DNA from: a virus
Virus record (IMG/VR): IMGVR_UViG_3300042564_003823
Location: 32,189-96,188 of that record
Strand: one strand, 5' to 3'
Length of the DNA: 64,000 nt
Positions 8,170-18,285 of the stretch are shown one piece after another. Under the pieces are notes generated by a model. The model was not told where the DNA came from. It did no database searches and was given only the letters and a program-made list of their open reading frames with translations. The translations under genes and the position numbers were made by a program. Positions within the stretch are counted from its first letter, which is position 1. Each line of letters opens with the position of its first letter.

Positions 8170-11100
8170 TTATACATCATCAAAAGATGCTCCTGTTGGT
8201 GTGATAACAAACTCGATGTCAATGTATTCTAACGCTCTTGTTGGTTTCAAGAAGATTTTACCTGTAAGGGTGTTTGAATCTAAATCTTCAGGTGTGTTAG
8301 AAACCGTAACTCTAAAGTCAATTAGACCTCTATCTCTTCTGATTGAATCTAAAATCGGGTTAACTGAATCTAAGAATTGTTGTCTTACTTTATCATCATT
8401 TTGTTCAAACAATAATCTAACCGCCACAGCTGAAATTAACTTACGAGCTTGTAGTAATAATCTTCTTACGTTGATTCTATCAAGTGCAGACTCTCTAACT
8501 TGTAATGTTTTGTTACCCCAAATTACTGTACCTACATCTGAGAAAGTGGCGATCGGGTTAATTCTACCTTTGTAAAGAGTATCCCTATCTTCTTGAGTTA
8601 ATTTTTTACGAGCTCTAATTGCGTTTACCAAACCTCTTGTATAACCTGCTGACGCAAACCAAGGGAACGCAATGTTATCGGTTAATGCCAAATTTTTAGT
8701 TACTTCTGCGGTTACAGGGATATAGATTTGAGTGTTATTAACAGTATCTCTTGTTAATACCCATGGATAGTATGTTGCGGTATAGTTAGAATCAATTCCT
8801 GTACTTTCTAAATTATCAACAACCTCTTGAGGGTAAATTAAACCTTCTTCAATATCTTGGTAAGAAGGTAAGAATAGGTTAAAGTCTGGTGTTGTACAAA
8901 TATAAATTGAATCCGCTCTATCGGTTTCAACCATATCAATAGCATCCTCAACTAAATTTGAGTTATTAACATAATCAATACCAGGTGTTGTGAATACATT
9001 TATGTTTGTTGATTCAGGATTAGCAAAAGTATCTTGACCCCATTTGTAAGCGTAGTAATCAGTATTTGCCCAAGTCTCTTGATTTGGTCCTGAGATTTGT
9101 TTAAATGCTCCCCATCCTGATGCCGTTGGGAAACTTACTGAAGACGCTGCTCCGTATTTAAATCCAGCCTGACCTAAAGCGAATGTATCACCATTAGTTC
9201 TATATTCTCTATAGATATCCCATCCGTCAAATCCACCGTAAGCTAATACTGTAAATTTACGAGTATTTAATCTGAAATATGGATTATCCGAATCTAAAGG
9301 TTCACTATTAAACGACCCAGCACCAACTTCAAACGCTTGTGTGTATGCTGATGTTAATACATTATACATTGTAACAACAGTCGCCCCACTATCCATGTGG
9401 AAACCTTTTGTTTTATAACCCCAACCAAGACCTACTGTATCGGTAGCTAAGTTTGCTGGAATTTGTTTTCCTTTGTATTCGAAGAAATCGTAATCGATTC
9501 CGGTAATATTTGATATACCTAAATATGCCTTTCTTGGATTTTCGCCGTTAGAAATAACAGGATTGTCTCCACCTGAAGACGACCCAAAAGGAGGGTTATA
9601 TATTACTTCACCTGCCTGTAAGTATTTAGTTTTGTAGATAACAAATGGTGGTGTTGAGTTTGCATATTCTCTAGAGACATAACCTTCAAAACCACAAGCG
9701 ACTGCATCTGTCGGTGCTTCGTCACTCATCTCTAACATTACGTATTTAGACTTAACTTCATACTCACCATTAGATGTACCAATTTTATTAGCAACATAGT
9801 TATTTTGACTAGGATCCATTGAACAATTTGTAAAACTTTCAACTACCCTTACATTTTGGTCGTTATCATAAAAATCTCTAATGAATACATCAAAAGTTCT
9901 ATTTGAGAATGAAATATTACCAATAGACATTTTAACTAATCTATTTGCTGCGTTACCATCAGAAATAAGTTTGAATTTAAATAATTTAAAAACTTTACTA
10001 CCTCTTAATTCTGAAACAATATATGGAGTCTCAGGTGTTTGGTATTGTTCTAAATAAAATGCGATTGAGTCACTATAATCTTGTATATTTGAGTCATCAG
10101 TAACACCTGGAAGTGATATTAATGAATTATATATACCTCTAATTTTCCCGTTTCTATAACCATTAAGTAATAAACTTGAGTAAACTTCCTCAACAAATAA
10201 AGGAACTTCATTTCTATCTTTACCAAAATTACTTCTTCCAAAAACTTTGGAGATGTATTCTGAGTCTGTTGAAGATAAAGAAGTTTCAAAACTAAAGTTT
10301 TGAGAATCATTTGTTATACCTGAAATAACAAAAGTTTCAAATGGATTTAGTGACACTCCCGAATAAGATCCTGTTGTGATGATATTAACGCCAGTAGTTG
10401 CACTTACTTCAAAATTAGGACCATGTTGTGTACTAGAATAATTTGTAATACCTCTTGATCTTAATGTTGCAACAACTAAATCATCATAATCACTATATGG
10501 TGTTCCTGAATAAGTAGTCCCATAAATAGCGACAGATCCTGAATACCCTAAAGCCACGTTTGAAATTGTGTTTAATGATGCCCCAAATCCATATCCATTG
10601 TAACTACCAACACTTTGTGATTTTGTATAATCAAACAATGCGTAGTACCAAGGATCGTTTAAATAAGAGCTTAAATCATTATTTGCAAAAATAACATTGT
10701 CAACACCGAACGTTTCAGTAACTGCGGTAGTGTTAAATGGTGATCCTGTAACTGCTGCATATGTTGTAGAATCAACTGAACCCCAAAAATAAGATGTTTT
10801 TCCTGATAACGGTGATGCTGTTGCAAATAAACCAACTTGTGCTGAAATATAATTTTGAAAATCTAAATATAGACTTGAACTATCACCATTTGCTGTAGTA
10901 TATTGGTTATAAAAATCTGCAGATATTAATGATGGTAACGAAGGTAGTATTGTTATATTAGTACTTGAACCTGTAGTACCTGTAAAATATACATAACCAA
11001 TAGGTGTTGGAGACGACCCTGTTACACCAATAGTTGTACTATCTAAATTACCTATTGTAACAATAGACCAAGATGGCCCTGCGTCATAACCTGATAAACC

Positions 11101-11391
11101 TAATATTCTTGTAACAAATAATTGATTTGATTGTTGTAAATATGATTTTGCAATATACGAAGTTTCATATTTAGGGATTTGTGTGTTTACGAATTTCTCT
11201 GGACTTGTTCCACCGAAATAAACTTGATACTCGTCAAAGTTAGTGATAAATATAGGTTCAAATGCTGGACCCTGTAAGGTCTCACCAACTAAACCTAATG
11301 TTGTTACACCAACACTTTGAGCAACGAAAGTTAAGTCTCTTTCTGAGGTATAAACACCTGGAGAAACGAATACTTTTGTACTAGATGCCAT
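8170..11391 (-). CDS. Tail sheath protein (T4 gp18-like)
   Basis: N-terminal SPGVYTSERDLT; C-terminal PWFASAGYTRG, LYKGRINPI, WGNKTLQ, DRINVRRLL, FEQND, IFLKPTRALEYIDIEF. Confidence 0.95.
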   Translation of the reverse strand: MASSTKVFVSPGVYTSERDLTFVAQSVGVTTLGLVGETLQGPAFEPIFITNFDEYQVYFGGTSPEKFVNTQIPKYETSYIAKSYLQQSNQLFVTRILGLSGYDAGPSWSIVTIGNLDSTTIGVTGSSPTPIGYVYFTGTTGSSTNITILPSLPSLISADFYNQYTTANGDSSSLYLDFQNYISAQVGLFATASPLSGKTSYFWGSVDSTTYAAVTGSPFNTTAVTETFGVDNVIFANNDLSSYLNDPWYYALFDYTKSQSVGSYNGYGFGASLNTISNVALGYSGSVAIYGTTYSGTPYSDYDDLVVATLRSRGITNYSSTQHGPNFEVSATTGVNIITTGSYSGVSLNPFETFVISGITNDSQNFSFETSLSSTDSEYISKVFGRSNFGKDRNEVPLFVEEVYSSLLLNGYRNGKIRGIYNSLISLPGVTDDSNIQDYSDSIAFYLEQYQTPETPYIVSELRGSKVFKLFKFKLISDGNAANRLVKMSIGNISFSNRTFDVFIRDFYDNDQNVRVVESFTNCSMDPSQNNYVANKIGTSNGEYEVKSKYVMLEMSDEAPTDAVACGFEGYVSREYANSTPPFVIYKTKYLQAGEVIYNPPFGSSSGGDNPVISNGENPRKAYLGISNITGIDYDFFEYKGKQIPANLATDTVGLGWGYKTKGFHMDSGATVVTMYNVLTSAYTQAFEVGAGSFNSEPLDSDNPYFRLNTRKFTVLAYGGFDGWDIYREYRTNGDTFALGQAGFKYGAASSVSFPTASGWGAFKQISGPNQETWANTDYYAYKWGQDTFANPESTNINVFTTPGIDYVNNSNLVEDAIDMVETDRADSIYICTTPDFNLFLPSYQDIEEGLIYPQEVVDNLESTGIDSNYTATYYPWVLTRDTVNNTQIYIPVTAEVTKNLALTDNIAFPWFASAGYTRGLVNAIRARKKLTQEDRDTLYKGRINPIATFSDVGTVIWGNKTLQVRESALDRINVRRLLLQARKLISAVAVRLLFEQNDDKVRQQFLDSVNPILDSIRRDRGLIDFRVTVSNTPEDLDSNTLTGKIFLKPTRALEYIDIEFVITPTGASFDDV

Positions 11392-11490
11392 TTTTTTAGT
11401 TAATTAAAGATTTATTTTTATATATAAATACATTAATTCTAAGCAAAAAACAGACCTAAAAAATAATAAATAGATAGTAGTATGAAAAAA

Positions 11491-11509
11491 TTCTACCTTT
11501 TTTCTACCT
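11491..11509. promoter_or_regulatory. Direct repeat TTCTACCT x2 (11 bp period) between the divergent sheath and RHH genes; candidate operator
   Basis: ttctacct at 11491-11498 and 11502-11509, flanked by TATTTAT motifs on both strands. Confidence 0.35.
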
Positions 11510-11527
11510 ATTAAAATATTTATTAAT

Positions 11528-11677
11528 ATGAAAAAAATTAAAAATATAAAGATTTCTGAAGAAACACATTTATTATTAAAAAATTACTGTGAAGAAAATG
11601 GTTTAAAACTTTATAAATTTTTAGAAAATTTAATAATTAAAACTTGTACTAAAGAAAAAGACATTTATGGTGAATAG
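11528..11677 (+). CDS. Small ribbon-helix-helix-like DNA-binding protein (49 aa)
   Basis: Read manually: MKKIKNIKISEETHLLLKNYCEENGLKLYKFLENLIIKTCTKEKDIYGE*. Alternating beta strand followed by helix-G-helix; TATTTAT at 11517-11523. Confidence 0.65.
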   Translation: MKKIKNIKISEETHLLLKNYCEENGLKLYKFLENLIIKTCTKEKDIYGE

Positions 11678-12907
11678 CTAAACTAAAACTGCATTAGTTT
11701 TTATGATTGAATTCTGAGTTATGTCATCTTTATAAACTATAATTTTTAAAGTATCCCCATTGTTAATTTGTATTACTTGCACATTGTCTCCTAAATAATT
11801 ATTATTAATAAAAACAGAATAACTTGAAGCGCAAGATGATCCCTCATTAAATGTACCTCCAGTTGTATTACTAAAAGATGGTAAGGTTGAGGATTTAACG
11901 CAAATATTACCTGAGTCACCAATATTTGTAGATATTGTGGTCGTTGCTCCGCTACAGTTAATATAGGTCAATGTATTATTTGTTATTGACGAATAAGTGG
12001 TTTCATAACAATTGATTAAATTAGTTGTTTCGTTAATTGTTATGTCTGCAGTATATCTAAAAACTTCATTCAATTGAGTAACTCCCGAAACAAATAATAA
12101 ATCTAAATCAAAACTGTCGGGTCTTGCTGGTTCTATTTCAACTCTACGACCTCTTTTTTTATTATCAAACTCAAATAGTGTAACTTGTCTTGTAATTGCT
12201 GGTGACACTTGAAATTCTTCTTCATCTATTAACATACCCTTTAATGTTATTTTATAACTTTGAATGTAATACTTTCTTTTTTCTATTTCTTTGGCTGATT
12301 CATCAGTCGGGTCTTCTAAGGTCATTTGCATAAAGTGACCTTTTATTTGTGTATACGCTTGTTTAGAGGTAAATTTTTGCATCATTATTTTGTTGAACTC
12401 ATTTACCTCTCTCATTCTATTACAAAAAATCTTAACTGTATAGGTAATATCAACAGGAACCGGTTGAGGTATTTTATATACGTCAGCGCCTTTTCTTTGC
12501 CCATCCCAAGTAGGGACCGTATAATAAAAAAATCTTAATCTCTCAGGTATATTATAAGCACCATTATTAATTTTACCGTATTTAACTTCGGGTTGTCTTA
12601 CAGTTATAATAAACGGTAAAGAAACGTTTTTATCTAAATCTTGAAACTCCCAAGTCTCTGTAAATTGAGTCCAACTTTGTGTTGTAATTATTTTATCGAC
12701 AGTAGGGACCGTTTTACCATCGACCACTAATTTTAAATCATTTTTAACAAAATCTAACACACCTTTATCCATGTCGGCATGTAATACTCCTTTTGGTAGA
12801 AAAGTTCCACCATCCGTAATATCATCCAACATTTGTTGTCTTCTTTCTTTTCCAACTTTGGTTGGTATTAAAGGAAGGTGTTTTTTGTTTTGTTTTGGTA
12901 ATGCCAT
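11678..12907 (-). CDS. Tail completion/terminator protein (gp15-like) with a C-terminal extension
   Basis: PFIITVR, PVPVDITYTVKIF..RMREVNEF pattern; adjacent to neck and sheath genes. Confidence 0.6.
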   Translation of the reverse strand: MALPKQNKKHLPLIPTKVGKERRQQMLDDITDGGTFLPKGVLHADMDKGVLDFVKNDLKLVVDGKTVPTVDKIITTQSWTQFTETWEFQDLDKNVSLPFIITVRQPEVKYGKINNGAYNIPERLRFFYYTVPTWDGQRKGADVYKIPQPVPVDITYTVKIFCNRMREVNEFNKIMMQKFTSKQAYTQIKGHFMQMTLEDPTDESAKEIEKRKYYIQSYKITLKGMLIDEEEFQVSPAITRQVTLFEFDNKKRGRRVEIEPARPDSFDLDLLFVSGVTQLNEVFRYTADITINETTNLINCYETTYSSITNNTLTYINCSGATTTISTNIGDSGNICVKSSTLPSFSNTTGGTFNEGSSCASSYSVFINNNYLGDNVQVIQINNGDTLKIIVYKDDITQNSIIKTNAVLV

Positions 12908-12909
12908 TT

Positions 12910-13425
12910 TTATAAACCGTTAAATTCGTCGTTAGTTACAGGAGATGCAATTATTGTTCTATAATATTTTTTATATCCACCGTATGTGTGTTTCATATCT
13001 GATGTGACCCTACCGTCATTTACCACTGAATAATATCTTACCCTATCTTCAGTTTCATAATAAGCCAAATAATCACCTAAAGATATTTCAATAGCCAATT
13101 GATCCAACTGAGATTGATATACACTAAAAGTCATGTTACCCGGTTCAAGTTGAGAAAGTTTAGATGATCCATAATCTGAATTGGTTGGAGCATCAATTTT
13201 AACTAATCCTTTTACCTCGATAGGTGCTAAAAATTGAATCCCCTCACTCATGGCTTCACCATAAACATCATCATTATTTGTTCTTTGTCTATCAACTCTA
13301 TATAAAACAACGGTGAAATTCATATCACCCATTTGCCATTCCATACCCATCTCAATTTCTAAATTGAAATCTTCTTCAGAAAAAAATTTATTTAATCTTG
13401 TTATTGGTACTCTTTTTTGTGTCAT
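12910..13425 (-). CDS. Head closure / neck protein (gp14-like)
   Basis: VVLYRVD...DDVYGEA...F..PIEVKG, GDY. Start reassigned to MTQKR at 13425 because the track's extension crosses a terminator, and TATTTATA lies at 13431-13438. Confidence 0.65.
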   Translation of the reverse strand: MTQKRVPITRLNKFFSEEDFNLEIEMGMEWQMGDMNFTVVLYRVDRQRTNNDDVYGEAMSEGIQFLAPIEVKGLVKIDAPTNSDYGSSKLSQLEPGNMTFSVYQSQLDQLAIEISLGDYLAYYETEDRVRYYSVVNDGRVTSDMKHTYGGYKKYYRTIIASPVTNDEFNGL

Positions 13426-13446
13426 ATATATATAAATACTATTAAA

Positions 13447-13475
13447 ACAAAAAACCCCACTCTTTAGAAATGGGG
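13447..13475 (-). terminator. Rho-independent terminator
   Basis: Minus strand CCCCATTTC-TAAA-GAGTGGGG followed by TTTTTTGTTTT. Confidence 0.7.
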
Positions 13476-13501
13476 ACGAGAATAAAAATACTTTTTTAAA
13501 A

Positions 13502-13894
13502 TTATTCAAATATTTTATAGTTAAAATCAGTGTCTTTAAAATTTACACTTAACCATATGCAATTATTTTCTTTGGTGTCGTCATAATAGCAAATACTTAA
13601 TACTGACTTTTGTTTTGTTTCACATTTTAGTATCTTAATTTTTTCGTCGTTATAAACTTCCTCAATTATTTTATAAATAACATAAGAATTTTTAGGATAA
13701 CTAGTCGAAAAAATTACATCCTTATCATTTATTTCAATAATAAATGAAGTATCTATATTTTTTTTTAATTTAGTGTTTTTGGTTTCGTTATATTCTATAA
13801 CCTCAAGTTCTTTAGGTTGTAAAATTATATTAATTTGTGAGTGTAAATTTAATAAATTAAAAAATAAAAATAAAATTAAAATAAGATTTTTCAT
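13502..13894 (-). CDS. Hypothetical exported protein with a signal peptide
   Basis: MKNLILILFLFFNLLNLHSQ: Sec signal with Q at +1, as is common in Bacteroidota. Confidence 0.55.
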   Translation of the reverse strand: MKNLILILFLFFNLLNLHSQINIILQPKELEVIEYNETKNTKLKKNIDTSFIIEINDKDVIFSTSYPKNSYVIYKIIEEVYNDEKIKILKCETKQKSVLSICYYDDTKENNCIWLSVNFKDTDFNYKIFE

Positions 13895-13933
13895 GTTTTT
13901 GGATTGTATATACGACAAAGATATAAAAAAAAA

Positions 13934-14290
13934 TTAATATTTTTCTTTTTTTGTCTCACAATCCATCTCATAAGTTACAAATTTTTTTCCTTGGTAAGTT
14001 AAGATATTAAAACACCTATCCTTTAATGGAATATCCCCACCTAGGCAAGTTCCTATACTTTTACTATTACCATTATCGTAGTCAATTTTAGGTTCAGAAA
14101 TAAATTTTATAATAACATTATTATTTTCATCAAAACCGTAGTCTTCAAAACTAGATGGGTCAACCAAACCATGTCCCCCCTCACATTTTTCATAATATAC
14201 GGGGGTTTCAATATTAGACTGTTCTGAAATTATAACTCCCCTTTTATAACCAAAAAGGTATTTAATTTTATTAATTTCGGATAAAATCAT
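13934..14290 (-). CDS. Small late protein with an I-x-E leader
   Basis: MILSEINKIKYLFGYKRGVIISEQ; four Cys in the payload region. Confidence 0.55.
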   Translation of the reverse strand: MILSEINKIKYLFGYKRGVIISEQSNIETPVYYEKCEGGHGLVDPSSFEDYGFDENNNVIIKFISEPKIDYDNGNSKSIGTCLGGDIPLKDRCFNILTYQGKKFVTYEMDCETKKEKY

Positions 14291-14292
14291 TT

Positions 14293-14544
14293 TTATGCTA
14301 TTTTATATGTCGTACTTTCACTAAATTTACAATAAGTAGGGCAATTACCTTCATCTTTATACATCATAAAAACGCTATCATCAATTGATATTATTTTACC
14401 ACCTATCGTTTTAGCCTTTTCCACATCCTTACAATCAGGTCTTCCAGATGTTGTTGGTTTTTTACAACCTTCAGTTTCGTCCTCTTTAATAACTCGTCTT
14501 ATTATTCTTGTTAAATCGCTTTCAGTTAATCTTATTGATCTCAT
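14293..14544 (-). CDS. Small late protein with an 'LTESDL..II..VI.E' leader
   Basis: MRSIRLTESDLTRIIRRVIKEDE; TATTTATA at 14574-14581. Confidence 0.6.
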   Translation of the reverse strand: MRSIRLTESDLTRIIRRVIKEDETEGCKKPTTSGRPDCKDVEKAKTIGGKIISIDDSVFMMYKDEGNCPTYCKFSESTTYKIA

Positions 14545-14640
14545 ATTTATATTTTTTTATTTTTATTTTTACATATAAATATATTGTTAAAAAAAAAAAA
14601 TTGATTTTTTTATATTATTTACTATTTTATTTATAATATA

Positions 14641-16404
14641 ATGGAAGAATTAATTTCAAAAACTCCCGAAACAAGGGCCCTTCAGCTATTAGATGATTAT
14701 GTTGGGTCAAATAATTATATCTTGTCGTTAAAACACAAAAAACAAAATAGTAAGACATTTACACCCACAAGACCACAATCAGAATACATAATAAATTTTC
14801 ACGGAAGAGTACCAAAAGTCGCTAAAAAATGGGTTAAATTAGATTCATATTTTGGAAAAAAAATGATGGAAGATAAAATGTACACAAAAGAACCATCAGA
14901 AATTTATGTTGAAAAGTTATTAGTTGAGAAGGATAAATCTTATCATATATGGGGTAAAATATTTAGTGGAGAAACTTTACATGACTTTTGGATTCCAAAA
15001 TCCGCTTTAATAAAAGATAATGAAGTTAAAAATGTTGTTATTGAATATTCTAAATACGATCACAGATCACCGATGGATCACCAAAAAGAGGCTATCGAAA
15101 AACTTGTAAGAAACAAAAAGTTTATTTTGGCCGATGACATGGGACTTGGTAAAACTACTTCAACAATTATATCGGCACTTGAAACAGGTGCTAAAAAAAT
15201 ATTAATAATTTGTCCCGCATCATTAAAAATAAATTGGGAAAGAGAGATTGCAAATTATTCAGATAGAACAGTTTATATTGTAGAAGGTAAAAAATTTTCA
15301 GATGAACATGAATTTGTAATCATTAATTACGATATTTTAAAAAACTTCCACGACCCAAAAAAGAAAGACGAATCAACAATTTTAAATGCAAAATTTGATT
15401 TGGTTATTATGGATGAGGCGCACATGATATCAAACCCACAAGCACAAAGAACAAAAATTGTTAATGATTTATGTGGTAACGTTGAGAGGGTTTGGTTATT
15501 AACGGGAACACCGATGACATCGAGACCAATGAATTATTATAATCTTTTAAGTTTAGTTGAAAGTCCTGTTGCTGCAAATTGGATGGCTTACGCAAGAAGA
15601 TACTGTAACGGATTTCAATTTAGTGTTGGTAAAAGAAAAATATGGAACGTAACAGGGGCATCTAACTTAGATGAATTAAGAGAGCGGACACAATCACATA
15701 TTTTAAGAAGATTAAAAGATGAGGTTTTAGATTTGCCTGATAAAATTATTACTCCTGTTTATTTAAGATTAAAATCTAAAGATTATGAAGAATTAATGGG
15801 TGAATACTTTAATTGGTATGATAATAATTCCGAAGAGTCATCATCTTTAACAATTCAGTTTGGTAAATTAATGAAAGTAAGAAAGGTAATTGCCGAAGAA
15901 AAAGTAAAAAATACTATCGAGTTAGCAGAAAACATTATTGAACAAGGAAAAAAAGTAATCATATTTACAAATTTTACAGACACCTTACGAACAATTTATG
16001 ATCATTTTGGAAAACAAGCGGTTTATTTAGATGGTTCTTGTTCAAAACCTCATCGACAAAAAGCTGTAGACGATTTCCAAGAAAATGATAAAATAAAAGT
16101 ATTTGTTGGTAATTTAAAGGCTGCTGGTGTCGGTATTACTTTAACCTCCGCAGAAGCAGTAATCATGAATGATTTATCTTTTGTTCCTGCAGAACACGCA
16201 CAAGCAGAAGATAGATCACATAGAATAGGTCAAAAAAATTCAACCTCAGTATATTACCCATTATTTGAAAATACAATAGAAGGGGTGATATATGACATCC
16301 TAAATAGAAAGAAAAAAATCATATCAACTGTTATGGGTGATGACATGATGGAAGACGCATCTACTATTGAAGAAATGTTAAATTTAATTTCTCATAAGAG
16401 GTGA
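14641..16404 (+). CDS. SNF2/SWI2-family (SMARCAL1/HARP-like) helicase
   Basis: LADDMGLGKT, DEAH, LTGTP, RRLK, GVGITLT, QAEDRSHRIGQ. Confidence 0.93.
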   Translation: MEELISKTPETRALQLLDDYVGSNNYILSLKHKKQNSKTFTPTRPQSEYIINFHGRVPKVAKKWVKLDSYFGKKMMEDKMYTKEPSEIYVEKLLVEKDKSYHIWGKIFSGETLHDFWIPKSALIKDNEVKNVVIEYSKYDHRSPMDHQKEAIEKLVRNKKFILADDMGLGKTTSTIISALETGAKKILIICPASLKINWEREIANYSDRTVYIVEGKKFSDEHEFVIINYDILKNFHDPKKKDESTILNAKFDLVIMDEAHMISNPQAQRTKIVNDLCGNVERVWLLTGTPMTSRPMNYYNLLSLVESPVAANWMAYARRYCNGFQFSVGKRKIWNVTGASNLDELRERTQSHILRRLKDEVLDLPDKIITPVYLRLKSKDYEELMGEYFNWYDNNSEESSSLTIQFGKLMKVRKVIAEEKVKNTIELAENIIEQGKKVIIFTNFTDTLRTIYDHFGKQAVYLDGSCSKPHRQKAVDDFQENDKIKVFVGNLKAAGVGITLTSAEAVIMNDLSFVPAEHAQAEDRSHRIGQKNSTSVYYPLFENTIEGVIYDILNRKKKIISTVMGDDMMEDASTIEEMLNLISHKR

Positions 16405-16416
16405 TATTTATATTAC

Positions 16417-17133
16417 ATGAGTTTAAACTTTTTTAACAAAAAAATTTATTTACTGGAAAGTAAGATTAATGTTGATCCATTTATTAATAAACAAATAATT
16501 TCAGAGATAAAAAAAATATCTATCGATAAATTACAATATAATTTTGACGATTTAGAAACTTTTATTGATAGTGAAACGATGAAGACTCACTATAACAAAC
16601 ATTACAAAGGATATGTTGATAAATTAAATGTTGAGTTAGAAAAAATAAAAGGTCCTGATTTAGATATTGAAGAAATTATAAAAAAAATATCTAAGTATAA
16701 TACGGTTGTAAAAAATAATGGTGGTGGTGCGTTTAATCATGCACTTTTTTGGAAAATGTTATCACCAAAAAAACAAGAAATTAAAGACCCGATAAAATCA
16801 AAAATTGAAAAGACTTTTGGTTCATATGAAAAGTTTAAAGAAAAATTTGAGGATGAGGCAAAAAGTAGGTTCGGTTCTGGATGGGTTTGGTTGGTGTTAA
16901 CTAAATCTAACACTTTAAAAATTGTAACGACCGCAAATCAAGACAACCCTTTAATGAATACAGAAAAAATACAGGGATACCCACTATTAGGTTTAGATGT
17001 TTGGGAACACGCATATTACTTAAAATATAAAAATCAAAGAGACAAATACGTAAAAAACTTTTGGAGAGTCGTGAATTGGGGATTTGTTAATGATCAATAC
17101 ACAACACAATTAGAAAGAAATAAAGTTAAGTGA
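16417..17133 (+). CDS. sod: Mn/Fe superoxide dismutase with a ~30 aa N-terminal extension
   Basis: HYNKH, NGGGAFNH, FGSGWVWL, NQDNP, DVWEHAYY; GGG and the Q of NQD suggest Mn or cambialistic type. Confidence 0.95.
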   Translation: MSLNFFNKKIYLLESKINVDPFINKQIISEIKKISIDKLQYNFDDLETFIDSETMKTHYNKHYKGYVDKLNVELEKIKGPDLDIEEIIKKISKYNTVVKNNGGGAFNHALFWKMLSPKKQEIKDPIKSKIEKTFGSYEKFKEKFEDEAKSRFGSGWVWLVLTKSNTLKIVTTANQDNPLMNTEKIQGYPLLGLDVWEHAYYLKYKNQRDKYVKNFWRVVNWGFVNDQYTTQLERNKVK

Positions 17134-17160
17134 TAAGATATTTATATAAAAATATATCTT

Positions 17161-18279
17161 ATGAATACTGCAATTATCACCGAACCGGACAGAAGTAAAC
17201 TTTATAAAAGAATTAGAAATCTTTTAGGAGCACCTTTACGTAGTGTAGAGTTAGAAGACGAAATGATGGATTCGTTATTGGAACTATCAATTCAAGATTA
17301 TGCTCAACATGTAAATGATTGGTTGATTGAATCTCAGTGGTCGTCTTTATATGGTTTAAACTTGGATGAACAATCTGTGACAAGGGCGTTCACAACTAGA
17401 AGTTTAGATTGGGAAACACAATACACATATTCGTATTCAAAAATTGTTGGATTACAAGCGGGAGGAGATTATGTTTTGAAAAAAGATTATATAGATTTAA
17501 TTCCAAACCAACAAATATATGAAATACCTGCAGGAAGAGAATTAAATGAATTACTTTGGTTTACAAGATCTGAATTGGATGCAGCATATTTTGATCCGTT
17601 TATGGGAGGATTTGGTGGATTTGGTGGTATTGGTTTAGGTGGTGGAGCCGGATTTTCTCAAATGGGGACGACAGGAAATTATTTTATAACACCAGCATTT
17701 GATATTCTTTTAAGAATGCAAGATATAAGTATGAAAAGAAGAATAATATCAGGGGAACTAACATATAGAGTAACCGCATTACCTGAAGGTAAAAAGGCCA
17801 TACACTTAATGAATGTTCCTGGTGGTAAATTTGATTTTGGAAATATAAAGTATCAGAAATATAAAGTTTGGTATTGGTATTATGAAACAAACGATAGAGA
17901 AGATTGTTTGAAAAAAAATCCAGATATTGTAAAATTACCTTCAGACGTTCCAATTGATGAAATGAGATGGGATGAATTAAATTCACCTGCACAGACATGG
18001 GTTAGAAGATGGTTTACCGCTTATTGTAAAGAAACTTTAGCAAAAGTTAGAGGTAAGTATAGTGGTAACTTAAAAACACCGGATAGTGAAGTAACTTTAG
18101 AGTGGCAAAGTTTAAACACTGAAGCTAAAGACGAAAAAACTATTTTGTGGGAAGAACTTAAAGCTAGATTAGAAAGACTTAGACCTGAAAAACAATGGGA
18201 AATAAAAGGTCAAATGGCCGAAAACATGAATAAAGCACTTAAATTTAGACCATTTACAAGTCCATATAATGTTATATAA
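17161..18279 (+). CDS. Neck / head-tail adaptor protein (T4 gp13-like)
   Basis: LLGAPLRSVELEDE, WVRRWFTAYCKETLAKVRGKYSG; contains a Gly-rich insertion. Confidence 0.75.
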   Translation: MNTAIITEPDRSKLYKRIRNLLGAPLRSVELEDEMMDSLLELSIQDYAQHVNDWLIESQWSSLYGLNLDEQSVTRAFTTRSLDWETQYTYSYSKIVGLQAGGDYVLKKDYIDLIPNQQIYEIPAGRELNELLWFTRSELDAAYFDPFMGGFGGFGGIGLGGGAGFSQMGTTGNYFITPAFDILLRMQDISMKRRIISGELTYRVTALPEGKKAIHLMNVPGGKFDFGNIKYQKYKVWYWYYETNDREDCLKKNPDIVKLPSDVPIDEMRWDELNSPAQTWVRRWFTAYCKETLAKVRGKYSGNLKTPDSEVTLEWQSLNTEAKDEKTILWEELKARLERLRPEKQWEIKGQMAENMNKALKFRPFTSPYNVI

Positions 18280-18285
18280 TTTTTT

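Noticed and set aside
13426-13509. N-terminal extension of the gp14-like ORF given in the track
   Set aside because: It spans a terminator and the TATTTATA motif; the ATG at 13425 is the better start
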